Source: Candidatus Methylomirabilia bacterium
GTDB lineage: Bacteria > Methylomirabilota > Methylomirabilia > Rokubacteriales > CSP1-6
Assembly (NCBI GenBank): GCA_041496385.1
Contig: JBGQEL010000104.1
Span: forward strand, 1 to 14,972
DNA: 14,972 nt
Direction: 5' to 3'
In this document: in pieces, positions 1 to 7,531 of the stretch
Layout of the letters: every line of letters starts with the position of its first letter
How positions within the stretch are numbered: the stretch's first letter is position 1
Notes under the pieces: generated by a model
What the model was told of the DNA's origin: nothing
What the model saw: the letters and a program-made list of their open reading frames with translations, nothing else
Databases searched by the model: none
Position numbers and translations under genes: made by a program

Positions 1-165
1 AAGCTCCGGTCCACCGTCGAGACGGTCTTCCTCATGCCGCACGAGAAGTACACGTACATCTCCTCGCGCCTCATCAAGGAAGTCGCCAGCTTCGGCACCG
101 CGGTCACCGGGCTCGTCCCGCCGATCGCCGAGAAGCGGCTGGCCGAGAAGTTCCCTCTCAAGTAA
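1..165 (+). CDS. coaD: Phosphopantetheine adenylyltransferase, C-terminal part (5' end outside window)
   Basis: Not in the ORF track. Frame 1 reads KLRSTVETVFLMPHEKYTYISSRLIKEVASFGTAVTGLVPPIAEKRLAEKFPLK*, with TAA at 163-165. It matches the CoaD C-terminal signature ETVFL..(Y/F)ISS.L(I/V)KEVA..G..V..LVP. Confidence 0.93.
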   Translation, partial: KLRSTVETVFLMPHEKYTYISSRLIKEVASFGTAVTGLVPPIAEKRLAEKFPLK

Positions 166-197
166 CGCGGCGGACCGCCGCCGAAGGAGCGCGCACC

Positions 198-1392
198 GTG
201 CTGGCCGATCGCCTGAAGACGCTTGCCCCGTCGTCCACCCTGGCCGTGCAGGCCAAGGCCAAGGCCCTCCGCGCGCAGGGCGTCGACGTGATCTCCTTCG
301 GCGCGGGCGAGCCCGACTTCGACACGCCCGAGCGCATCAAGGAGGCCGCCGTCCAGGCCCTGCGGCGCGGCCAGACGAAGTACACCGAGGTCGCCGGCAT
401 CCCGGAGCTGCGCGCCGCCGTGTGCCAGAAGTTCAAGCGCGACAACGGCCTGGACTACCAGCCCGACGAGGTACTGGTCTCCTGCGGCGCCAAGCACGCG
501 CTCTTCAACGCGGTCGTCGCGCTCCTGAACCCGGGTGACGAGGTCCTGGTGCCGAGCCCGTACTGGGTCTCGTATCCGGAGCAGGCGCGCCTCGTCGGGG
601 CGGTGCCCGTCGCCGTCGAGACACGGGAGGCGACGGGCTTCGACCTCGACCCCGGCCGCCTTCGCGCGGCCCTGACGCCGCGGACGAAGCTGATCGTCCT
701 CAACACGCCGAACAACCCGACGGGCGCGGTCTTCTCCCCCAGCGGCGCTCGAGGCCGTCGCGAAGCTGGTGGTCGAGACGAAGCTCCTCGTCGTGTCCGA
801 CGAGTGCTACGAGGCGCTCACCTTCGAGGGACGCCACGTCTCGATCGCCTCGCTCGACCCCGAGGTCAAGGCGCGCACGCTGGTCGTGAACACGTGCTCG
901 AAGGCGTACGCGATGACCGGCTGGCGCATCGGCTACGCCGCGGGGCCGCGCGAGGTGATCCGCGCCATGACCGACGTGCAGAGCCAGGTGACGTCGAATC
1001 CGTCGTCGGTCGCGCAGTGGGCCGCCGTCGAGGCACTCGCGGGGCCCCAGGACGAGGTCGCGAAGATGGCGGGTGAGTTCGACCGGCGGCGGCGGCTCAT
1101 CGTGGCCGGCCTCAACGCGCTGCCGGGCGTCTCCTGCGTCATGCCGAAGGGCGCCTTCTACGCCTTCGCCAACGTCTCGGGTCTCTTCGGCCGGAGGGCG
1201 AAGGGCCAGGCCGCCCCGCTCCGCGGCTCGGTCGCGGTCGCGGCGTTTCTCCTCGAGCAGGCGCGCGTCGCGGTGGTCCCGGGCGTGGATTTCGGCTCGG
1301 ACGACCACGTGCGGCTCTCGTACGCGACGAGCGACGCGCTCATCGCCGAGGGGCTCGCCCGCATGGGCGCCGCGATCCGCGAGTTGCTGTAG
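198..1392 (+). pseudogene. aspC: Class I PLP-dependent aminotransferase (aspartate aminotransferase subgroup Ib) interrupted by a +1 frameshift at about 736-741 (real pseudogene or sequencing error)
   Basis: GTG at 198 follows the SD AAGGAG (184-189). The N-terminal half has GAGEPDFDTP, YTEVAGIPELR, GAKHAL, PYWVSYPE and NTPNNPTGAVFS. The C-terminal half is in a different frame and has SDECYE, the PLP-lysine motif SKAYAMTGWRIG, PKGAFY, VVPGVDFG and RLSYA, ending at TAG 1390-1392. Removing one base from TCCCCCA (735-741) restores ...FSPAALEAVAKL... and a 397-aa protein. Confidence 0.88.
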
Positions 1393-1395
1393 ACT
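1390..1395 (+). promoter_or_regulatory. Possible sigma70-type -10 element (TAGACT) upstream of coxG and the catabolic block
   Basis: TAGACT fits TAnnnT, overlaps the aminotransferase stop codon, and lies just upstream of a strong SD GAGGAGG (1405-1411) and ATG 1418. No recognisable -35 element. Confidence 0.25.
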
Positions 1396-1417
1396 AGGGC
1401 CCCCGAGGAGGACCCGG

Positions 1418-1855
1418 ATGAAAATCGAAGGCACGTACGACGTCCCGGTGCCGCGCAAGAAGGTCTGGGACGCGTTTCTGGATCCCGCGACGCTCAAGAA
1501 GGCCATTCCGGGCTGCGAGAAGCTCGAGGCGCTGGGCGGAGACGAGTTCAAGGCGACGATGAAGATCGGCGTCGCGGCGGTCAAGGGGACGTTCGAGGGT
1601 CGCGTCAAGCTCTCGGACAAGAAGCCGCCCGAGTCCTACCGGATCGCCGCGGACGGCAGCGGCGGCCCGGGCTTCGTCAAGGCCGACACGCTCATCACGC
1701 TGACCGATGTCGAGGGCGGCACGCGCGTCAGCTACAGCGCCGACGTCCAGATCGGCGGACTCATCGCGGGCGTCGGCCAGCGGATGCTCGGCGGCGTGTC
1801 GAAGATGATGGCCGATCAGTTCTTCAGCAAGATGAGCGACCTGCTGAAGGCGTGA
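1418..1855 (+). CDS. coxG: CoxG-family (SRPBCC/START-fold) protein, 145 aa
   Basis: True start is ATG 1418 after GAGGAGG; the 1073 start in the ORF track is a spurious extension. The sequence MKIEGTYDVPVPRKKVWDAFLDPATLKKAIPGCEKLE...GTRVSYSADVQIGGLIAGVGQRMLGGVSKMMADQFF has the CoxG motifs VW..L.DP..L...IPGC and GG.IA.VGQR...FF. Confidence 0.9.
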   Translation: MKIEGTYDVPVPRKKVWDAFLDPATLKKAIPGCEKLEALGGDEFKATMKIGVAAVKGTFEGRVKLSDKKPPESYRIAADGSGGPGFVKADTLITLTDVEGGTRVSYSADVQIGGLIAGVGQRMLGGVSKMMADQFFSKMSDLLKA

Positions 1856-3180
1856 CGGCCTCCCGCTGCCTCGAGCCGCGCCTGGAGCGGGCGTCGCGCG
1901 CCGAGATGACGCGCCTGCAGGCGCGGCGACTGCGCGCGCAGATCGCCCACGCCGCGGCGTCGAGCCCGTTCTACCGGCGGAAGTTCAAGGAGGCGGGCGT
2001 CAGGCCCGCCGCGGTGCGGACGCTCGACGATCTCCGGGCGCTGCCCTTCACCACGAAGGACGAGCTCAAGGAGAACCAGGCGGCGAAGCCGCCCTGGGGT
2101 GACCTTCTCGCCGTGCCGTTCGCGGACGTCCTCCGCGTCCACATGACCTCCGCGACGACCGGCCGTCCGCTCGCGTTTCTCGACACCGCGGAGGACTGGT
2201 GGGGCTTCTACCACTCGTACGCGCGCGCGCTCCATGCCTTCGGGGTGCGGAAGCCGGACATGGTCATGGCCGCGTTCTCGTACGGGCCGTGGATCGGCTA
2301 CTGGTCGGGCTTCTACGCGGCCCAGGACCTGGGATGCCTGGTGTTTCCGGTCGGTGGCCTCACGACCGACCAGCGCCTCGACGCGCTTCTGAACTACCCC
2401 ATCACCGTGCTCGGCTGCACGCCGTCGTACGCGCTCTTCCTCGCCGAGGCGGCGGCGAAGAAGGGGATCGACCTCGCCGCGCGGACGCGGGTCCGGATCA
2501 CCTGGCACACGGGCGAGCCAGGCGCCTCGATCCCGGCGACGAAAGCGAAGATCGAGGCGGCGTTCGGCGCGAAGGCGTACGACTTGCCGGGGCTGACCGA
2601 GATCGCCGCGTGGGGCTTCGAATGCGACAGGCACTCGGGCCTGACCCACGTCAACGAGGACTACTGCTACCCGGAGGTCCTCGACGAGCGCGACCGCCCC
2701 GTGGGCCCCGGCGGGCAGGGCGAGCTGGTCTTCACGAGCCTCTACCGGCGGGCGATGCCGCTGGTCCGCTACCGGACCCGCGACGTCGTGAGACTCGCCG
2801 ACCGCCGGTGTCCTTGCGGGCGGACGCTCGTCGCGTTCGAGGGCGGGGTGCTCGGCCGGCTCGACGACATGAAGAAGATCCGCGGGATCATCGTCTACCC
2901 GCGGCGCATCGAGGAGCTGGTGCGGCCCCACGCGGGCGTGGACGAGTTCCAGATCGTGTTCCGGCGCCAGGACGGGCTCGACGACATCCTCGTGCGCATC
3001 GACCCGTCGCCCTCGCTCTCGGCCGCCCAGCGCGACGGCCTGCGCGCGACGCTCGCGGGCGATCTCCGGACCGGGCTCGGGATCCGCGTCACGGTGGAGA
3101 CGGTCGAGCCCGGCGCGCTGCCGCGCTGGGACCACAAGGCCAGGCGCGTGAAGGACGAGCGCGTGGAGGTGCCATTTTGA
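1852..3180 (+). CDS. Phenylacetate-CoA ligase (PaaK)-family aryl-CoA ligase, 442 aa, substrate uncertain
   Basis: GTG start overlaps the coxG stop (GTGA). Motifs present: LPFTTKDEL, P-loop MTSATTGRP, CTPSYAL, GEP, GLTE, GELVFTSL, MPLVRYRTRD, CPCGRT, GRLDDM..IRG..VYP..IE and a C-terminal K.RRV.D.R. Confidence 0.88.
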   Translation: MTASRCLEPRLERASRAEMTRLQARRLRAQIAHAAASSPFYRRKFKEAGVRPAAVRTLDDLRALPFTTKDELKENQAAKPPWGDLLAVPFADVLRVHMTSATTGRPLAFLDTAEDWWGFYHSYARALHAFGVRKPDMVMAAFSYGPWIGYWSGFYAAQDLGCLVFPVGGLTTDQRLDALLNYPITVLGCTPSYALFLAEAAAKKGIDLAARTRVRITWHTGEPGASIPATKAKIEAAFGAKAYDLPGLTEIAAWGFECDRHSGLTHVNEDYCYPEVLDERDRPVGPGGQGELVFTSLYRRAMPLVRYRTRDVVRLADRRCPCGRTLVAFEGGVLGRLDDMKKIRGIIVYPRRIEELVRPHAGVDEFQIVFRRQDGLDDILVRIDPSPSLSAAQRDGLRATLAGDLRTGLGIRVTVETVEPGALPRWDHKARRVKDERVEVPF

Positions 3181-4205
3181 GAGCGGCGTACTTCAAGGAG
3201 CACGGCGGCGCCGACAAGATCCTCTACGGCGACTACCGCGACCCCGTGCCCGAGGCGACCGAGGTCCTCGTCCGTGTCAGGGCCTGCGCGCTCAACCAGG
3301 TCGACATGCTGCTGCTCGACGGGCGGTTCCCGCCGCCCGAAGGGCTGCCCCACGTCAACGGCTGCGAGGTGGCCGGGACCATCGAGACGACCGGCGCCGC
3401 GGTGAAGGGGCTCGAGCCGGGCCGGCGGGTCGTCATCTTTCCGGGTTTCTCCTGCGGGAGCTGCGAGTACTGCCTGCGCGGCGAGCGGACCGTGTGCGTC
3501 CGTTACGGCTATCTCGGAGCGCACAAGGACGGCGGCTATGCCGAGCTCGTGAAGGCGCCGGCGCAGAACGTCCTGCCCTTGCCCGACGCGATCGGCTTCG
3601 AGGCGGGGGCCGCGCTCCCGCTCGCGTTCCTCACGTCGTGGCACGCTCTCGTCGCCAGGGCGGGGCTCGAGCCCGGCCAGACGGTGCTCGTCCAGGCGGC
3701 GGGCAGCGGCGTCGGCAGCGCCGCCATCCAGATCGCGCGCCTCATGGGCGCGCGGGTGATCGCCACGGTCGGCTCGGACGACAAGATCGCGTTCGCGAAG
3801 GCTCTCGGCGCCGAGCGCGTCGTGAACTACCGGACGCAGGATTTCGTCGAGGAGGCGAAGGCGTGGACGAACAAACGCGGCGTCGACGTCGTCGTCGAGC
3901 ACATCGGGGGTGAGACCCTCGAGAAGTCCATCCACGCGCTCACGCGGCTCGGGACGCTGGTCACGATCGGCTCGCACGACACCCACTGGGGCCGCCTGGA
4001 TCTCCGGCACGTCTACTCGAAGAATCTCAGGATCGTCGGCACCAACCTGGGCTCCATCCTCGAGCTCCGGACGATCCTCGACTATGTCGCGCAGGGCAGG
4101 CTGAAGCCGGTGATCGACCGGAGCTTCCCGCTCTCGAACGCCCGCGCGGCCGTCCAGTACGTCCTGGACCGGAAGAACAGGGGAAAGGTCCTCCTCGTCT
4201 CGTGA
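3177..4205 (+). CDS. Medium-chain dehydrogenase/reductase (zinc-binding, quinone-oxidoreductase-like), 342 aa
   Basis: TTG at 3177 overlaps the upstream stop (TTGA), with SD GGAGGT at 3165-3170. It begins (M)RAAYFKEHGG...EVLVRVRACALNQVD. It has a structural-Zn motif CGSCEYCLRGERTVC, GGYAE, a nucleotide-binding AAGSGVG, GVDVVVEHIG and a C-terminal GKVLL. Confidence 0.9.
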   Translation: MRAAYFKEHGGADKILYGDYRDPVPEATEVLVRVRACALNQVDMLLLDGRFPPPEGLPHVNGCEVAGTIETTGAAVKGLEPGRRVVIFPGFSCGSCEYCLRGERTVCVRYGYLGAHKDGGYAELVKAPAQNVLPLPDAIGFEAGAALPLAFLTSWHALVARAGLEPGQTVLVQAAGSGVGSAAIQIARLMGARVIATVGSDDKIAFAKALGAERVVNYRTQDFVEEAKAWTNKRGVDVVVEHIGGETLEKSIHALTRLGTLVTIGSHDTHWGRLDLRHVYSKNLRIVGTNLGSILELRTILDYVAQGRLKPVIDRSFPLSNARAAVQYVLDRKNRGKVLLVS

Positions 4206-5746
4206 CGCTCGCCGGACTCCTTGAACGCGCGGCGCGCCGCCGCCCCGAGGCCGCCGCCGTCGTGGACGGCGAGCGGCGGCTCTCGTACGCCGCGCTCCAC
4301 GCGCGCGCCGCGGCGGTCGCGCGCGGCTTCGCGAGCCTCGGCGTCGCCCGGGGCGACCGCGTCCTGATCGCGCTGAAGAACCGCGTCGAGCACGTCATCG
4401 CCTACTGGGCGCTCCAGCTGCTCGGGGGCGTGGCCGCGCCCGTCAACTTCCGCCTCGCGGGCGGCGAGATGACGTACGTCCTCGGGGACTCGGGCGCGAA
4501 GGTCGCGCTCGTCGAGGATTCCACGGCCGCGTCGATGCTCGCCGCCGCGCGCGGCACTCCCGTCCGCCTCGTCTACGTCGGCGCGCACCCCCCAGCGGGA
4601 TGCATCGCGTTCGGCGAGATCGGGGGCGAGGAGTGCTCCGTCCCCCTCGCCCCCGATCTCGCCGAGCACGAGCTCTCGGTGCTGCTGTACACGTCGGGAA
4701 CGACGGGACGGCCGAAGGGGGTGCCGCGCACGCACAGGAACCACTATGCCGGCGCGCTGGCGCACGCGTTCCAGTGCGGCTACACGTGGGGTGAGCGGAC
4801 GCTCGGCGTCATGCCGCTCTACCACACGATGGGCATCCACGCGCTCACCAGCATGACGGCCGTCAACGGCTGCTTCGTCTGCCAGCCGGACTGGTCGGCG
4901 CCGGCGGCGCTCAGGCTGATCGAGCGCGAGCGGCTGACCGCGCTCTACCTGATCCCGACGCTCTTCTACGAGCTCGTCCACGAGACCGAGCGCGCGGGGG
5001 CGGACGTCTCGTCGGTGCGCAAGCTCGCCTACGCGGGGGCGCCGATGCTCGTGCCGCTCGTCGAGGCGTGCGCGAAGGCGTTCCGCCCCGACGTCTTCGT
5101 GAACCACTACGGCTCGACCGAGATCTACACCTTCTCGGTCTTCCCCGACGTGCGCGTGAAGCCGGGCTGCGCGGGACGACCGGGCCTCCATTCCGAGCTC
5201 CGTCTCGTCACCGCGAGCACCGAGCGCCGCGTCGGCCCCGACGAGGTCGTGTCGCCCGGCACCAAGGGCGAGATCATCGCGAGCCTCGACGGGGACGAGG
5301 CGTTCGCCGGCTACTGGAACCGCCCCGACGCGGACGCGAAGGCGCTGCGCGCGGGCTGGTACTTCACCGGCGACATGGGCTACCTGGATGCCGACGGCGA
5401 CCTCTGGGTCGCGGGCCGCGTGGACGACATGATCATCAGCGGCGGGGAGAACATCCACCCCATCGAGGTCGAGGATCTGCTGGCGCGCCATCCGGGCGTG
5501 GGCGACGTCGCGGTGATCGGCGAGCCCGACGACAAGTGGGGCGAGCGCGTCGTCGCCTTCGTCGTCGCGCGCGTGCCCGGACTCGGCGCCGAGACGCTGG
5601 ACCGCTACTGCCGGGAGAGCGGCGACCTCGCGAACTTCAAGCGCCCCCGCCGCTTCGTCTTCGTCCGGGAGATCCCCAAGACCGCGTCGGGCAAGATTCT
5701 GCGCCGGCTGCTCCGAGACGGCGAGTACACGGAGGTTCGGCCATGA
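4202..5746 (+). CDS. AMP-forming acyl-CoA ligase, HmfD-like (2-furoate-CoA ligase-like), 514 aa
   Basis: GTG overlaps the upstream stop (GTGA). ANL motifs: YTSGTTGRPKG, YGSTE, GWYFTGDMG, GRVDDMIISGGENIHP and IPKTASGKILRR. The segments GERTLGVMPLYHTMG, FVNHYGSTEIYTFSV, GDEAFAGYWNRPDA and LANFKRPR resemble HmfD as I remember it (not verified by search). Confidence 0.88.
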   Translation: MTLAGLLERAARRRPEAAAVVDGERRLSYAALHARAAAVARGFASLGVARGDRVLIALKNRVEHVIAYWALQLLGGVAAPVNFRLAGGEMTYVLGDSGAKVALVEDSTAASMLAAARGTPVRLVYVGAHPPAGCIAFGEIGGEECSVPLAPDLAEHELSVLLYTSGTTGRPKGVPRTHRNHYAGALAHAFQCGYTWGERTLGVMPLYHTMGIHALTSMTAVNGCFVCQPDWSAPAALRLIERERLTALYLIPTLFYELVHETERAGADVSSVRKLAYAGAPMLVPLVEACAKAFRPDVFVNHYGSTEIYTFSVFPDVRVKPGCAGRPGLHSELRLVTASTERRVGPDEVVSPGTKGEIIASLDGDEAFAGYWNRPDADAKALRAGWYFTGDMGYLDADGDLWVAGRVDDMIISGGENIHPIEVEDLLARHPGVGDVAVIGEPDDKWGERVVAFVVARVPGLGAETLDRYCRESGDLANFKRPRRFVFVREIPKTASGKILRRLLRDGEYTEVRP

Positions 5747-6510
5747 GCGAGTCCTTGCGCGTGGAGCGGGCGGGCGCCGTCGCGACCCTCTGGATCGACC
5801 GGCAGGCGAAGATGAACACGATGACCGTCGCGATGCGGAACGAGTTCCCCGGAATCTTCCATGGTCTCGAGGCCGACGACGCGGTCCGGGTGATCGTCGT
5901 GCGCGGGGCGGGGGGCAAGGCCTTCAGCGCGGGCGGCGACGTCTCCGAGTTCCTCACGCTGGCGCCCGCGGATCTGGAGCTCTGGGGAGACAGCCTGACC
6001 TCGGCCGAGCGCTGCCGCAAGCCGGTGATCGCGGCGATCGACGGGTACACGATGGGGGCCGGCCTCGAGCTGGCCGTCGCGTGCGACTTCCGCGTGGCGA
6101 CGCGCCGCTCCGAGTTCGCGTTCCCGGAGGTGCGGCTCGGCATGATCCCGGGGAGCGGCGGAACCCAGCGCGCGCTCCGCCTCATGGGCATGACCCGCGG
6201 GAAGCTCTTCATGATGACGGGGCGGCGGATCACGGCCGTCGAGGCCGAGGCGTGGGGCCTGGTCACGCAGGCCGTGCCCGACGACGGGCTGGACGCGGCG
6301 GTGGGCGCCCTCGCGGCCGATCTCGCGGACCGCGCGCCCCTCGCGCTCCGGACGCTCAAGATGGTCCTGAACCGGGGCGCCGAGGCCCCGCTGGAGACGG
6401 CGCTCGAGCTCGAGCGCAAGGCCTACGCGTGGCTCCGGTCCACGCACGACTACGCCGAGGGCGTGACCGCGTTTCTCGAGAAGCGGCCGCCGAGGTACAC
6501 GGGGAGATAG
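5743..6510 (+). CDS. Enoyl-CoA hydratase/isomerase (crotonase) family protein, HmfE-like (2-oxoglutaroyl-CoA hydrolase-like), 255 aa
   Basis: ATG 5743 overlaps the ligase stop (ATGA), with SD GGAGG at 5731-5735. Motifs: FSAGGD, KPVIAAIDGYTMGAGLELAVACDFR, FPEVRLGMIPGSGGTQR and EGVTAFLEKRPP. Both catalytic glutamate positions are present. Confidence 0.9.
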   Translation: MSESLRVERAGAVATLWIDRQAKMNTMTVAMRNEFPGIFHGLEADDAVRVIVVRGAGGKAFSAGGDVSEFLTLAPADLELWGDSLTSAERCRKPVIAAIDGYTMGAGLELAVACDFRVATRRSEFAFPEVRLGMIPGSGGTQRALRLMGMTRGKLFMMTGRRITAVEAEAWGLVTQAVPDDGLDAAVGALAADLADRAPLALRTLKMVLNRGAEAPLETALELERKAYAWLRSTHDYAEGVTAFLEKRPPRYTGR

Positions 6511-6512
6511 GC

Positions 6513-7520
6513 GTGGCCCACTCGTTCGGCCTGATCCTCGCCAACCGCGCGGTCGTCCTGGGCGCCGTCAGCGTCCGCGACCTCATCGATCTCACCGTGG
6601 AAGCCGAGCGCTCGGGCGTGTTCGACGCCGTCTGGGTGGGCGACAGCCTCCTCGCCAAGCCGCGTCTCGAGTCGATCACGCTGCTCTCGGCCCTCGCGGG
6701 GGTGACGAGCCGCGTGCGGCTCGCGGTCGGCTGCATGGCGACGTTCGTGCACCGGCACCCGGTCATGCTCGCGCATCAGTGGGCGAGCCTCGACGTGCTC
6801 TCGGGCGGTCGCGCCTGGCTCGCCGTCTGTCTCGGCGGACCGAGCGACGCGAACGCGGCCCAGGCCGCCGAGCACGCGGTCATGGGCATCGCGTCGGCGG
6901 AGCGGGTCGGGCGGCTCGAGGAGGGCATCGTCATCCTCAGGAAGCTCTTCCACGAGAAGAACGTCACCCACCACGGCCCCTTCTACGCGTTCGAGAACGT
7001 CACGCTCCAGCCGCCCCCCCTCCAGCAGCCCTGCCCGATCTGGATCGCGTCGAACCCGACGGGCCTGACCTGGAAGGGCGGCGCCTCGGCGTCCGAGGCG
7101 GTCGTCGAGCGCGCCTTCCGCCGTGTCGGGCGTCTGGCCGACGGCTGGATGACGAATAAGCTCTCGCCCGCCGAGTTCCGGCAGCAGTTCGGCCGCGTCC
7201 AGGCGATGGCGCGGGCGGAGGGACGCGACCCCGCGGCGATCGGGAGCGCGCTCTACCACAACATCAACATCAACGAGGATCGGCAGAAGGCCCTCGAGGA
7301 GTCGAAGGCCTTCCTGGACACCTACTACACGGCGAAGTTCTCCCCGCAGTTCGTGGAGCAGTGGACCGTGGCGGGGAGCCCCGGGCAATGCATCGACCAG
7401 CTGCGCGCCTACGTCGACGCGGGCCTGGGCCACATGGCCCTCAGGCTCGCGTCCTGGGATCAGCGCGGCCAGTTCAAGCGGTTCCTCGACGACGTCGCGC
7501 CCGCCCTGGCGGGCCGCTGA
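6513..7520 (+). CDS. LLM-class (bacterial luciferase-like) flavin- or F420-dependent oxidoreductase, 335 aa
   Basis: GTG at 6513, 2 nt after the crotonase stop, with SD GGGGAG at 6501-6506. Motifs: AERSGVFDAVWVGDSL, LSALAGVTSRVRL, HPVMLAHQWASLDVLSGGR, PPPLQQPCPIWIA, LADGW and GSPGQCIDQLRAYVDAG. Confidence 0.88.
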   Translation: MAHSFGLILANRAVVLGAVSVRDLIDLTVEAERSGVFDAVWVGDSLLAKPRLESITLLSALAGVTSRVRLAVGCMATFVHRHPVMLAHQWASLDVLSGGRAWLAVCLGGPSDANAAQAAEHAVMGIASAERVGRLEEGIVILRKLFHEKNVTHHGPFYAFENVTLQPPPLQQPCPIWIASNPTGLTWKGGASASEAVVERAFRRVGRLADGWMTNKLSPAEFRQQFGRVQAMARAEGRDPAAIGSALYHNININEDRQKALEESKAFLDTYYTAKFSPQFVEQWTVAGSPGQCIDQLRAYVDAGLGHMALRLASWDQRGQFKRFLDDVAPALAGR

Positions 7521-7531
7521 GGAGTGTTTCC

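Noticed and set aside
198..1392. Two separate genes (198-1076 and 769-1392)
   Set aside because: They are the two halves of one aminotransferase. The first ORF becomes nonsense after about 741, and the second frame continues the homology from 742.
1418..1855. Aerobic CO dehydrogenase locus implied by coxG
   Set aside because: No coxL, coxM, coxS or other cox accessory genes are in the window, and coxG alone is not evidence of CO oxidation.
2199..4205. Long N-terminal extensions of the MDR ORF (and likewise the ORFs starting at 1073, 5068, 6081, 7361, 11792 and 12046)
   Set aside because: These extensions overlap real upstream genes in another frame and have low-complexity Arg-rich composition. 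Family homology begins only at the downstream starts I list.
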